Below, piece after piece: positions 31,411-40,794 of a stretch of DNA of 64,000 nucleotides; position 1 is the first letter of the stretch; the number at the start of each line of letters is the position of its first letter. The translations under genes were made by a program, and so were the position numbers. Source of the DNA: Candidatus Spyradenecus sp. (lineage in GTDB: Bacteria; Verrucomicrobiota; Verrucomicrobiia; Opitutales; UBA953); the NCBI GenBank assembly GCA_045535075.1, contig JAZSKX010000015.1:75994-139993 (forward strand). The letters are read 5' to 3'. The notes beneath the pieces were generated by a model. The model was not told the DNA's origin, did no database searches, and saw only the letters and a program-made list of their open reading frames with translations.

Positions 31411-32969
31411 TATTTTGCCTTGCGAACTTCGTCCGCCGGAATGCTGAGGAAGAAGAGCGTTTGCGAGTCCGGAGAACCTTCGTAGAGAACGCCGATGCGC
31501 TGATTTTTATCATCGGCAAACGCAAGTGTCGAGTACCCGGCACAACGGCGTTCGTCGTAAAGCAATCCGTCCGACCACGTTTTTCCGCCGTCTTTCGAGT
31601 ATTTCAGCGTCATGTTATTGCGTACACCGGAATTCGGGTTTGAGAAGAAAAGATTTTTCCCGTCAGCGGTGAGTAACGCCGCTTGGCACAAGTTGCCGGG
31701 TTGGCGAAGCTTTTCTCCGTCGAATTTTTTCCAGGTTTCGCCCATGTCCTTCGTGGTGGCAACGATGCGTTCTCCCGGGGAGCCTTGGCGAACGTTCAGC
31801 ATAATCGAGCCGTCTTTGAGCTGGACGCAGGTCGACTCGGATCCGCCCCACGGCATTGCCTTCGAGGACGTCCAGGTTTTTCCGCCGTCTTTGGAATAAA
31901 CAAGCACGCCTTTAACGCCTTTGCCTTTGTGCCCCCAAATTTGCGACGGGAAAATCAACGTTCCGTCTTTCGTGCAGATTCCGGCTCCCGGACCTTGGAA
32001 GACTAATCCCCAATCCTGAGTATCGGAATCCTGAAGGCGCTTGATTTCGGAAGTGATGTTTATCGGTTTGCTCCAGCTTTTCCCGTCGTTGTCGGAAGAA
32101 ATAAGCACCATTTGTCCGCAATTTTGCGGCGAGTCCGTTCCCGTGGAGCTTGTCCAGATCGGGTGTCCGCTTTGCGGCGCCCAAAGTGCGGAAATCCAAA
32201 TTTTCCCGGTTTTATCGTCAACGAGGATTCCCGGATCGCCGATACCTTTTTTCACTTCCATGTTTTTCGAGGAAAGAACGGATTCCACGGGCGACCACGT
32301 TTTTCCGCCGTCGGTCGATCGGCTGACGCCGACATCAATGTTTGCGGGAAGGTCGCCGGCGTGATTGTAGCGAATGTCGAAAGTTGCAATCAGTGTTCCC
32401 GTCTTCGGATTTCGCGCAATTGCGGGAATGCGGTAGTTTTTGGATTTCAAGTCACCGGCTTTCGCAACCGCGTAGCCGATGCGTTGTTCGGTTTTGGCGC
32501 CTTTGATGGCTTGCTTGCGCGCGTTGACCGTGGCACCTGTTGCCGCAAGGACAATTTTGCCTTCGATGTCCGCATTTTTCTTCATCGTGACGCTGACCCA
32601 AATATCATTGGCGCCGTGTTCGAGTTTCTTGCGCCCGACTACCGTAACTTTCGGAGCTCCCGTGACTTTCGCCGAGCCGAATTTTTCGCCGACCTTGCCG
32701 ACGGAGTTCCCGCCGAAATAGACATCGATACTCGCGATGTCGGAAATTTTTGTCGTTCCCGTGAGATTAAATTCAATGCCGGTGAGCGTTTCGCCGTCTG
32801 CCTGCATTTTAAGATTCATGACGGGATTGTAATCCATGCGTACCATGACGGGCCAGACGTTGGTGGCGGCGGTTGTGTCAACGGCGGCAAGCGCGTTTGC
32901 GGCTCCTGCGAGGCAAAGTGCGGCAAGCGCAATTTTAGCTAGGACGGATGAGATTCGGGTAAGCTTCAT
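31410..32969 (-). CDS. Exo-alpha-sialidase (GH33), secreted
   Basis: Signal peptide; YRIP motif; several Asp-boxes (STDGGKTW, SDNDGKSW, SKDGGKTW); GYST. Confidence 0.92.
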   Translation of the reverse strand: MKLTRISSVLAKIALAALCLAGAANALAAVDTTAATNVWPVMVRMDYNPVMNLKMQADGETLTGIEFNLTGTTKISDIASIDVYFGGNSVGKVGEKFGSAKVTGAPKVTVVGRKKLEHGANDIWVSVTMKKNADIEGKIVLAATGATVNARKQAIKGAKTEQRIGYAVAKAGDLKSKNYRIPAIARNPKTGTLIATFDIRYNHAGDLPANIDVGVSRSTDGGKTWSPVESVLSSKNMEVKKGIGDPGILVDDKTGKIWISALWAPQSGHPIWTSSTGTDSPQNCGQMVLISSDNDGKSWSKPINITSEIKRLQDSDTQDWGLVFQGPGAGICTKDGTLIFPSQIWGHKGKGVKGVLVYSKDGGKTWTSSKAMPWGGSESTCVQLKDGSIMLNVRQGSPGERIVATTKDMGETWKKFDGEKLRQPGNLCQAALLTADGKNLFFSNPNSGVRNNMTLKYSKDGGKTWSDGLLYDERRCAGYSTLAFADDKNQRIGVLYEGSPDSQTLFFLSIPADEVRKAK

Positions 32970-33015
32970 AGTAGTCTTAATCTGCCTTAAAACGTGTTTC
33001 GGGGAAAGTAAAATT

Positions 33016-33639
33016 TTATTCGAATCCCCGTTCCCGTACGGCACGGCGGAGTGTGTCAAGATCGACGGAAATATTGTTTTGCGGGAGCATATTATTTTTT
33101 TCAAACCAAGACCGATTCATTTCGAGACAAAATCGAATGTCGTCGGATTTTGAATACGTAGAAGTCGTGCTGTTCGCACGCATTGTGTAAACTTCAAGGA
33201 GTTTCCCGGTGGCATCAAAATAGCCGATGTCCAAATCAATCGGAACGTTTTTCATCCAGAAGGCGCGCTGTTCCGATGTATGATAAATGAAAAACATACC
33301 CTCGTCCTCATCGAGCTTGCGGCAACCCATCAAGCCGCGCATGCGTTCGATTTCCGTTAGTGCGAGGCGTGCGTGAATTATTTTTCCGTTGTTAAATGTA
33401 ATCGGGAAACGCGTTTGTGCGGACGGATGTTCTTCCGGCTTCGCAACGGCAGGAACGATATACCGGCGGAAAATCGGTTCTTTCCCGAGGTGAAAGCGGA
33501 CGAAATTTATGATTTCAATCGGCGGGAATGCTCGGATTACCACGAAGATCCCCAGAGCACAAAGAAACACGCCGCCGAAGATTTTCCAGCGGAGTTTTAC
33601 GGTGTCCTTGAGCGGGCGGCGGCGTTCGCGCTTAGGCAT
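33016..33639 (-). CDS. DUF192 family protein
   Basis: GLM...EGMFF, FWMKN..IDLDIGYFD, LEMN; N-terminal membrane anchor. Confidence 0.85.
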   Translation of the reverse strand: MPKRERRRPLKDTVKLRWKIFGGVFLCALGIFVVIRAFPPIEIINFVRFHLGKEPIFRRYIVPAVAKPEEHPSAQTRFPITFNNGKIIHARLALTEIERMRGLMGCRKLDEDEGMFFIYHTSEQRAFWMKNVPIDLDIGYFDATGKLLEVYTMRANSTTSTYSKSDDIRFCLEMNRSWFEKNNMLPQNNISVDLDTLRRAVRERGFE

Positions 33640-34291
33640 TGGCTTCGCAGGCGGCGATGACGCGTTGCGTGTGGCGCCGCAGGGCAGAGTCCGGATCGAT
33701 TTTTGCCTGGCGGCATGCGGCAATGATTTCAAAAAGCTTTTCGCCTGCGGCTTCTTCGGTGAGTGTTCCCGCGAGAGCATCAATTTTGCGGCGATCGGCG
33801 GTTTCTCCCGGATTGAGATTTTTCTTTTCGACGGCTTTCCACGTGTCGCGCGCGCGCAAGATGTTGTTTAACGTTGCGGGAAGGTCTTTGAAGAATGCCG
33901 ACGTTTGTTTTTTCGTGCTATTGCTTTTTTCTCCGGCTTTAATTTCGTCCCATTTTTTGAGGACGGCATCGGAATTCTCAAGCTTCATTTCTCCGAAAAC
34001 ATGCGGGTGGCGGGAAATCATTTTTTCGTTGACGACACGGGCGACATCCTCGAAGGAAAAATCGCCGTTTTCCCGCGCAATTTCCGCGTGCATGACAACT
34101 TGAAGAAGCAAGTCGCCGAGCTCTTCGCACATATGTGCTTTCTCGTCTAAATCGACCGTCTCAATGAATTCGGCGACCTCTTCGACGAGGCAATCACAGA
34201 GTGAACGGTGCGTTTGTTCCCGATCCCAAGGGCAACCGCCCGGAGCGCGCAGGCGCGTGATGGTTTCGAGTAAATTATCAATGGAAGCCAT
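33632..34291 (-). CDS. mazG: MazG-family nucleotide pyrophosphohydrolase
   Basis: LRAPGGCPWDREQTH, EELGDLLLQ, RHPHVFG. Confidence 0.92.
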   Translation of the reverse strand: MASIDNLLETITRLRAPGGCPWDREQTHRSLCDCLVEEVAEFIETVDLDEKAHMCEELGDLLLQVVMHAEIARENGDFSFEDVARVVNEKMISRHPHVFGEMKLENSDAVLKKWDEIKAGEKSNSTKKQTSAFFKDLPATLNNILRARDTWKAVEKKNLNPGETADRRKIDALAGTLTEEAAGEKLFEIIAACRQAKIDPDSALRRHTQRVIAACEANA

Positions 34292-34462
34292 AATACGCTA
34301 AGGCTAAGCGTTCCCGCAGAAACCTGCAAATCGGAATTCGACGATTCGGAAAACGGACCTTGTAAATAAAATTCCCGGCCTTGCCAAAGCCGTTGACACC
34401 GAAGATGGCTCATTTCTGCCAAAACCTGAGTTTTGCGTCGTGGGTGCTTAAAGAACGTTGGG

Positions 34463-34636
34463 TTTTACCTTCGAGAGCCACGGAATACACGGAAAGCACG
34501 GAAATTTTGACCGCAAAAAATTACAAAATCTCTCTCAGTTTTCCGGATAAGAAAATTCAAGCGCAGAAAGAATAAACATTTCTCATCTGCGTTTATCCGC
34601 ACAATCTACACACGTTTTTTGCGTTCCGAGGTAAAA
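34463..34636. repeat. Intergenic element with a CACGGAAnn nonamer repeated three times and TTTTACCT/AGGTAAAA inverted ends
   Basis: CACGGAATA CACGGAAAG CACGGAAAT at 34479-34505. Confidence 0.55.
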
Positions 34637-34767
34637 ATATTTTTTTGTTGCCGACGTTTTTCGAAAGCGTCGTTCCCGTGTTTGTTTTGAATTAGACTTT
34701 GTCGGATAAAGGCGCTTTTCCCGGCGAATGAATTGTGTTAAGTTGCGTGCTGTTTTATCTCAAGGCT

Positions 34768-36477
34768 ATGGATTTACTTCGGAAGTTCCCGCGGCGTTTT
34801 TTGGTTCCCGCACTGATTTTAATTTCGACGATACTTTATGTTTTGTCGATGCCGGGTCCGGATTGTTCGGCTTGTGCGTGGTTTTTTGCCGTACCGCTTT
34901 TGGTTTGGGGAATGCAACGGCCGTCGTGGAAAACCTGGCTTTGGGCGACGTGGATTTTCTGCTACGGATCCGGCGTCATCAACCTGATTTGGCTGAGGCA
35001 TTTGTATCCGCCGCTGGGCTGGATCGCGGTTTTTTCGTTGCCGCTGGTTTACACGGCGTTCATGTGGGTTTGGTTCGTCGCGGCGCGTTCGGTGCTTCCG
35101 CTTTGCACGGGCGAGCGTTCGCTTTTTTACCGGCTTGCGAATTTTTTCGGTCTGACGGGACTTTGGATCGTTCTTGAGTGGATGCTGACTTGGTTTCTTA
35201 CGGGATTCCCGTGGATGCCGCTCGGTGCGACGCAATGGGATTTTCCGGCGATGCTTTCGCTTTGCCGCTTTGCGGGAACGCCTGTTGTCAGCGCGATGCT
35301 TATCTTTTTCAATCTCGGATTGGCGCGCTATATCCGCCGCCAGTTTGTCGAAGTGCGCGGAATGATGGGAATTCCGTCGCCGCTCGCGTTTTTACGTTCG
35401 ATTTGTCCGGAATTTTATCTCGCGCTCGTTCCCGTATTTGCGTCGGTTATTTTCTTTGTGTATGCATGTATTAATTACGATGAGAATGCGGAAAAGAAAT
35501 TTTCTTTTGTTGCCGTGCAAACGGATTTTGACCCGAATGCCAAGTGGAACGCCCGACTTGTCGCAGAAAATATTTATGTTTTAAAAACGCTGACAGAGGC
35601 GGCTCCTCGGCTTACGCGGGAGACGCCTTGCGTAACGTTCCCGCAGGCGGAAGCTCTCGTAAAACAGGCGGCAAATGCTTCGCCGGGAGACTTGCCGGAT
35701 TTCGTGCTTTGGCCGGAAGCGGCGATGCCGATTTACCATATTCAAAAAAATGACAAATTCGGGTTCGCGCGCTTCCTGGAAAATCTTTCCCGAGAAATAA
35801 AGATTCCGCTTGTGCTTGGCGGGATTGCTCCGGCGGAGCCACCGGAAAAATCGGGTTCGTATTATAATTCCGTGCATGTCGTTGATCCGCGATTCGGTTT
35901 GGCGGAAAGTTTTGTTGCGAAACGTCATTTGGTGCCGTTCGGGGAATACGTGCCGTTGGCGGACGTGCTTCCGCTCCGAAAAGTCGTTCCCGTCGAACAC
36001 GATTGCCTGCCCGGGAAAAATTTCGAAGCGCTCAAAGTTCGTTCCCGCAAAAACCGGGTTTTGCGACTCGGCGTTCTTGTTTGCTATGAAGACGTTTTTC
36101 CGGAGCTCGGACGGGCGTGTGTCAACGCGGGGGCGGATGCGCTTGCGGTTGTTACCAATGATGCGTGGTACGGGCGTGAGGCGGGCGCGTATCAGCACAT
36201 GGCGCATTCGGTGATGCAGGCGGTCTCGCTCGGCGTTCCCGTGGTGCGTTGCGGGAACGCCGGCTGGAGCGGCGTAATTTCACCGATCGGGCAAATTCAG
36301 GCGATGAAAAATGCTTCGGGAAGTATTTATTTCCGCGGAGCCGAGCGCTTTGACGTTTACGGGACAAAAGATTATGCGCCGACATATTATGCGCGCCACG
36401 GCGATTGGCTCGTTCCCGTCGGTGCGGCATTCTTTGCTCTTGCCGCAATTTTGCGCGTCCGAAAACGTTATCGTTAA
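34768..36477 (+). CDS. lnt: Apolipoprotein N-acyltransferase
   Basis: TGFPW, WPE, KRHLVPFGEYVP, VCYED, TNDAWY, NAGWS. Confidence 0.95.
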   Translation: MDLLRKFPRRFLVPALILISTILYVLSMPGPDCSACAWFFAVPLLVWGMQRPSWKTWLWATWIFCYGSGVINLIWLRHLYPPLGWIAVFSLPLVYTAFMWVWFVAARSVLPLCTGERSLFYRLANFFGLTGLWIVLEWMLTWFLTGFPWMPLGATQWDFPAMLSLCRFAGTPVVSAMLIFFNLGLARYIRRQFVEVRGMMGIPSPLAFLRSICPEFYLALVPVFASVIFFVYACINYDENAEKKFSFVAVQTDFDPNAKWNARLVAENIYVLKTLTEAAPRLTRETPCVTFPQAEALVKQAANASPGDLPDFVLWPEAAMPIYHIQKNDKFGFARFLENLSREIKIPLVLGGIAPAEPPEKSGSYYNSVHVVDPRFGLAESFVAKRHLVPFGEYVPLADVLPLRKVVPVEHDCLPGKNFEALKVRSRKNRVLRLGVLVCYEDVFPELGRACVNAGADALAVVTNDAWYGREAGAYQHMAHSVMQAVSLGVPVVRCGNAGWSGVISPIGQIQAMKNASGSIYFRGAERFDVYGTKDYAPTYYARHGDWLVPVGAAFFALAAILRVRKRYR

Positions 36478-36543
36478 ATTCGCTTTAATTTTTATTTTTA
36501 AACTCTTAAGCTTTTCGAAACTGTTCTTTGTCAGCCCAAATCC

Positions 36544-36764
36544 TTCCGTTCGGCGCGAGGGAATGCCGTGAAAATCGGCAACAGACGCGCTGCGGTAACG
36601 AATGACTTTTTTCCGCGAGCTGCCGCAAACGGGCGGGCAGTCTCGAAAAGCCAGTGAAAATCTTGCGACAAGCCTTCGGGATGTCGGAATTTTTGCGAAG
36701 GCGGAAAGAGGGCGAATCGCTTGTCGGTTCATAGTTCGAAGTCCGAATATCTTGCTGAGCGGAA
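36544..36764 (+). promoter_or_regulatory. Cobalamin riboswitch
   Basis: AGGGAATGCCGTGAAAATCGGCAACAG..GCTGCGGTAA, AAGCCAGTG, GCGAAGGC and a B12-box-like AAGTCCGAATATCTTGC. Closing helix TTCCGTTCGGC/GCTGAGCGGAA. Directly upstream of a TonB-dependent receptor. Confidence 0.85.
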
Positions 36765-36870
36765 TTAACGGGCGTGGCGTCCACAGAGCGCTTCGCCTCT
36801 TCACGCGTATAAAATGAAGTCAAAAAAAATCTCAACGGCGGCGGGAACGCTTGTTTCCTTCCGTCTTTCA

Positions 36871-38814
36871 ATGAACTTTCTCCGCGCTTGCGGAGCCTTA
36901 ATTCCGGCGGTCGCTTGCTTAGTCGCAAGTCCGATCGCTCGTGCGGAAGACGTTCCCGCGTCGCCGCCTCCGAATCAAACCACGGAAAAAGTCACGCAGT
37001 TACCGCCGGTCGTTGTTGTGGCTTCCCGCACAGAACTTGAACTGAGCAAAGTCGCACCGTCGGTTTCCGTTGTCTCCGGTGAAGTGCTGGCGAGCGAGCA
37101 GATTTATACGGTCGCGGAAGCGCTTGCGACGCAGCCGGGAGTCGTCGTTACGGGTGGAACGATGACGGGAACGCCGACCTCGATTTTTATGCGCGGTACG
37201 AATTCTCAGGACACCGTTCTCATGCTTGACGGACGTCGCATGAACGGCGGAATTTACGGACAATACGGGATCGGGACGCTGACGACCGATAACTTGGCGG
37301 ATATTCAGATTCTTCGCGGGAGCGCGTCGACGCTTTACGGCTCGGCGGCAATCGGAGGAGCGATTGACTTGCGTACGAAGAGCGGACTTGATACGGATGC
37401 GCCGACGGGAAGCCTTCGCGTCGAAGGAGGAAGTTGGGGAACGCGTTCTTTCGGACTCGAATTTGCGGGAAATTCCGATTACGAAGGCGCAGATTTGCCA
37501 AGCGGAATCGGCTTTAGCGCCGGTTTTTCTTATACGGCTTCCGACGGATATAATTGGAATAACGACTACGAACAAAGCACGTTCCTCCCGCGTTTGGATT
37601 GGAGAGTGAATGACAAATTGGCGTTTGATTTCGTCGCCCGTATTTTCCAACGGGATTACGCTTGTCCGAATTCGGAGGCTTCAAAATCCTATACGGATCG
37701 TCAGAAGGATTCCGGCTGGCTGGTTTCTCCGGAAGTTATTTTGACGCCTTTTGAAACTCTTACGGGGAAAATCCTGTATTCATATTCCGAATACAAATCA
37801 ACGGGCTATGTCGGCGGTCTTGTTGACAACGAAAACAAGTCTCAGCAGATTTCAACGCAGTGGGATTGGCAGGCGATTGAAAATCTCGAAATTTCGTTCG
37901 GCTACGATTTTTTGCAGGATGATGCTTACGGGCGCGGTGAACCGGCTTGGGGCGGCGTTCCCGCGAGCCTGCTTCAATACAGCAACTCCGTTTGGACAAA
38001 TGCGCGTTGGGAAATTGTGAAAGATTTTTGGGTTTCCGGCGGCGTTCGTTATACGGATACGAATAAATACGGGGACAAAACGACTTACGAGCTCGCAGCA
38101 CAATACCGTTTTGATTCCACGGGAACGAGTGTTTTCGCGAAAATTTCTACGGGATTCCGAACCCCGAGTTATATGGACTTGTCTCCGAATTGGAGCAATA
38201 TGCCGTCGGATTCTCTCGAAGCCGAAAAGTCCGTTTCCTATGAAATCGGAGCGAAACAGGAACTCTTTGACGCTCAACTCAATCTCGGGGTTTCGCTTTT
38301 TCTCATCGACACGAAAGATAAATTTGTCGTCGATTACAGTGTTTATCCTGCCGTCGTCCGCAATGTTGACAAAGCGCGTTCCGAAGGTATTGAGCTTACG
38401 GCGGAATGGACCCCGGATTCCGTTGCCGGTTTGCGTGTCTACGGGAACGCAACGATTCAAGAGGCTCGGGACCGTAAAACCGACGTACGCTTGAAGCTTA
38501 TTCCGCAGTTTACGGGAACGCTCGGCGCGGAATACGTTTTTGCCGAAGATTTTACTGTCGGCGTATCCGGAACGTTTGTTAAAGGGCGCGAAGGCAGCTT
38601 GCCGGTTTATCCGTATTCGACGGCGGACATGGGCGATTATTTCGTTGCGCGTATTTACGGGAACTGGGTGGCGTTGCGCTACGGGGACGGACGTGAAAAA
38701 TGTTCCGTTTTCGCCCGTATCGAAAATGCGCTCGACCGTGAATACGACGATTACAACATCGGCTATGAAGCCCCCGGAATCGGCGCCTTCGTCGGAGCCA
38801 AGCTTTCGTTTTAA
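36871..38814 (+). CDS. btuB: TonB-dependent receptor, BtuB-like (cobalamin); start could be 36814
   Basis: VVVVASR TonB box, plug MRGTNS..DGRR, RGSASTLYGS.AIGG, terminal F; follows the riboswitch. Confidence 0.85.
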   Translation: MNFLRACGALIPAVACLVASPIARAEDVPASPPPNQTTEKVTQLPPVVVVASRTELELSKVAPSVSVVSGEVLASEQIYTVAEALATQPGVVVTGGTMTGTPTSIFMRGTNSQDTVLMLDGRRMNGGIYGQYGIGTLTTDNLADIQILRGSASTLYGSAAIGGAIDLRTKSGLDTDAPTGSLRVEGGSWGTRSFGLEFAGNSDYEGADLPSGIGFSAGFSYTASDGYNWNNDYEQSTFLPRLDWRVNDKLAFDFVARIFQRDYACPNSEASKSYTDRQKDSGWLVSPEVILTPFETLTGKILYSYSEYKSTGYVGGLVDNENKSQQISTQWDWQAIENLEISFGYDFLQDDAYGRGEPAWGGVPASLLQYSNSVWTNARWEIVKDFWVSGGVRYTDTNKYGDKTTYELAAQYRFDSTGTSVFAKISTGFRTPSYMDLSPNWSNMPSDSLEAEKSVSYEIGAKQELFDAQLNLGVSLFLIDTKDKFVVDYSVYPAVVRNVDKARSEGIELTAEWTPDSVAGLRVYGNATIQEARDRKTDVRLKLIPQFTGTLGAEYVFAEDFTVGVSGTFVKGREGSLPVYPYSTADMGDYFVARIYGNWVALRYGDGREKCSVFARIENALDREYDDYNIGYEAPGIGAFVGAKLSF

Positions 38815-38828
38815 TCCGGATAAATAAG

Positions 38829-38866
38829 GAACCCGTTCCCGCAAAACGCGGGAACGGGTTCTTTTA
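38829..38866 (+). terminator. Motif-pair terminator between convergent btuB and sod
   Basis: GAACCCGTTCCCGC-AAAAC-GCGGGAACGGGTTC-TTTT. Confidence 0.85.
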
Positions 38867-38882
38867 TGTTTTTTTTTATTAA

Positions 38883-39542
38883 CTACGCTTTGCAGACACC
38901 TTCACAATTCCAGTCGTTGAAAAGCTTTTCGGCACGATCCCAATCAATGATTTCCCAGAAAGCATTGACGAAATCGGCGCGCACGTTGCGGTAACGCAGG
39001 TAGTAGCTGTGCTCCCAGAGGTCGAGCGCGAGAAGCGGTTTCCCGTGGGCGTAGCCGACGAGGTTTTCCGGCATGAAAGGCGAATCCTGATTCGGCGTTG
39101 TTGCAATGGCGAGCGAGCCGTCGTCTTTCAAGACAAGCCAAGTCCAGCCCGAGCCGAAAAGCCCGTTTGCCGCCGCCGTAAATGCTTCGCGAAATGCCTG
39201 GAAAGACCCGAATTGCTTTTCAATCGCTGCTGCGAGCTTGCCGACAGCGACATTGTTCGCACGCGGAGAGCGGAGCGATTTCCAGAAGAACGCGTGATTA
39301 ACGTGCCCGCCGCCGAAATTGCGAACAGCATTAAAAATTGCCTGCGGAACATTGTCGAGTTCCCGCAGAAGCATTCCCGGGCAGGGCGGCGCCGTGAATT
39401 CCGGATGCTTCTCAAGCGCGGCATTCAAATTTTTCGTGTAAGTCGCGTGGTGTTTCCCGTAGTGAATCGAGAGCGTTTCTGCATCCATGACGGGTTCGAG
39501 TGCATTTACTTCGTAAGGAAGCGGTGTTTGTGTGTATGACAT
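38883..39542 (-). CDS. Fe/Mn superoxide dismutase
   Basis: HYGKHH, NFGGGHVNH, FGSGW, NQD, DLWEHSYY. Confidence 0.96.
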   Translation of the reverse strand: MSYTQTPLPYEVNALEPVMDAETLSIHYGKHHATYTKNLNAALEKHPEFTAPPCPGMLLRELDNVPQAIFNAVRNFGGGHVNHAFFWKSLRSPRANNVAVGKLAAAIEKQFGSFQAFREAFTAAANGLFGSGWTWLVLKDDGSLAIATTPNQDSPFMPENLVGYAHGKPLLALDLWEHSYYLRYRNVRADFVNAFWEIIDWDRAEKLFNDWNCEGVCKA

Positions 39543-39614
39543 ATTTTATTCTTTCTAGTTTAGGATTAATTAAAAAGCGTTATGAATTATCGGAATTGTC
39601 TGTTTTTATAACAA

Positions 39615-39633
39615 TATTGTAATAATTACAATA
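39615..39633. promoter_or_regulatory. Perfect 9-1-9 inverted repeat, PerR/Fur-box-like operator upstream of sod
   Basis: TATTGTAAT-A-ATTACAATA; the core TTGTAATnATTACAA differs from the Bacillus Per box TTATAATnATTATAA at two symmetric positions. Confidence 0.7.
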
Positions 39634-39698
39634 AAAATTTAAAGGGGCGCGCCAAAGAAACGGGAAAACGCAATAGAGTTCCCGTTTTTTTGAAAAAA

Positions 39699-40664
39699 TT
39701 AAATTTTCTCGACGCTCAGATTTGCCATTTCGCTTGCGGCAACGGCGGCGAGCGGCGTGGAGAGATAACGTTCCGTAGCGCTCGCGGCAATTGTGACGAT
39801 GCGCTTTCCCGCGAATTCCGGGCGTTGTGCGATTTGAAGCGCTACCCAAACATTGGCTCCGGTAGAAATTCCGCAGGGCAAACCTTCTTCGCGTGCGATC
39901 GCGCGCGCCGTTTCGAGAGCGTCTTCGGTTTTCACGGGAACGATTTCGTCGATAAGCGCGCGATTGAGATTTTGAGGAACAAAGCCGGCTCCGATTCCTT
40001 GGATTCCGTGCGCGCCGGGAGTTTGTCCCGAGAGAACTGCGCTTTCCGCCGGCTCAACGGCGATACCGAAAATATCGGGGCGTTTTTCTTTGAGAAATTT
40101 CATCGTTCCCGAGAATGTGCCTCCGGTGCCGACGCCTGCGATAAACACATCCATTTGGCCGTCGAGAGCATTGTAAATTTCCGGTCCCGTTCCCGCGTAG
40201 TGGGCGGCAGGATTTGCGGGATTTTCAAATTGCCGCGGTCCGAAAGCATTCGGGAGTTCCCGTAATTGTTTTTCAGCATAATCAATCGCGCCTTTCATTC
40301 CGAGATTTTTAGGCGTGATGACAACTTCCGCTCCGAGCATCCGCAACAGCGTACGGCGTTCAAGAGACATGGATTCCGGCATGACGAGCATGCAACGATA
40401 GCCTTTGGCGGCGGCGACGGCGGCGAGCGCAATGCCGGTATTACCGCTTGTCGGCTCAATGATAACAGAGCCGGGACGAAGCTGCCCTGACGATTCTGCG
40501 GCTTCAATCATCGCCTTGGCAACGCGGTCTTTAACAGAAAAAAGCGGATTGCGAAATTCACATTTGAGAAAAATTTCCGCCGGGCAATTTCGCGTGAGGC
40601 GATTGAGGCGAACAAGCGGCGTGTTTCCGATGGTTTGAATAAAAGAAGATTGCGCTTTTTTCAT
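39699..40664 (-). CDS. cysK: Cysteine synthase A
   Basis: IGNTPLV, SVKDR, EPTSGNTG, GVGTGGT, IQGIGAG, ERYLST. Start at the ATG at 40664. Confidence 0.95.
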   Translation of the reverse strand: MKKAQSSFIQTIGNTPLVRLNRLTRNCPAEIFLKCEFRNPLFSVKDRVAKAMIEAAESSGQLRPGSVIIEPTSGNTGIALAAVAAAKGYRCMLVMPESMSLERRTLLRMLGAEVVITPKNLGMKGAIDYAEKQLRELPNAFGPRQFENPANPAAHYAGTGPEIYNALDGQMDVFIAGVGTGGTFSGTMKFLKEKRPDIFGIAVEPAESAVLSGQTPGAHGIQGIGAGFVPQNLNRALIDEIVPVKTEDALETARAIAREEGLPCGISTGANVWVALQIAQRPEFAGKRIVTIAASATERYLSTPLAAVAASEMANLSVEKI

Positions 40665-40794
40665 AATCAGAAACGCAAGCGTATAAGACGCTTCAGATTT
40701 TTCCAAATGATTTTTCCGGGAAGCGGATTTTGTCGAGTCGGAATAACGTCTTTTTTGTCGCCCCCACCGACGTTCCCGCATAAATTTTTGAAAT

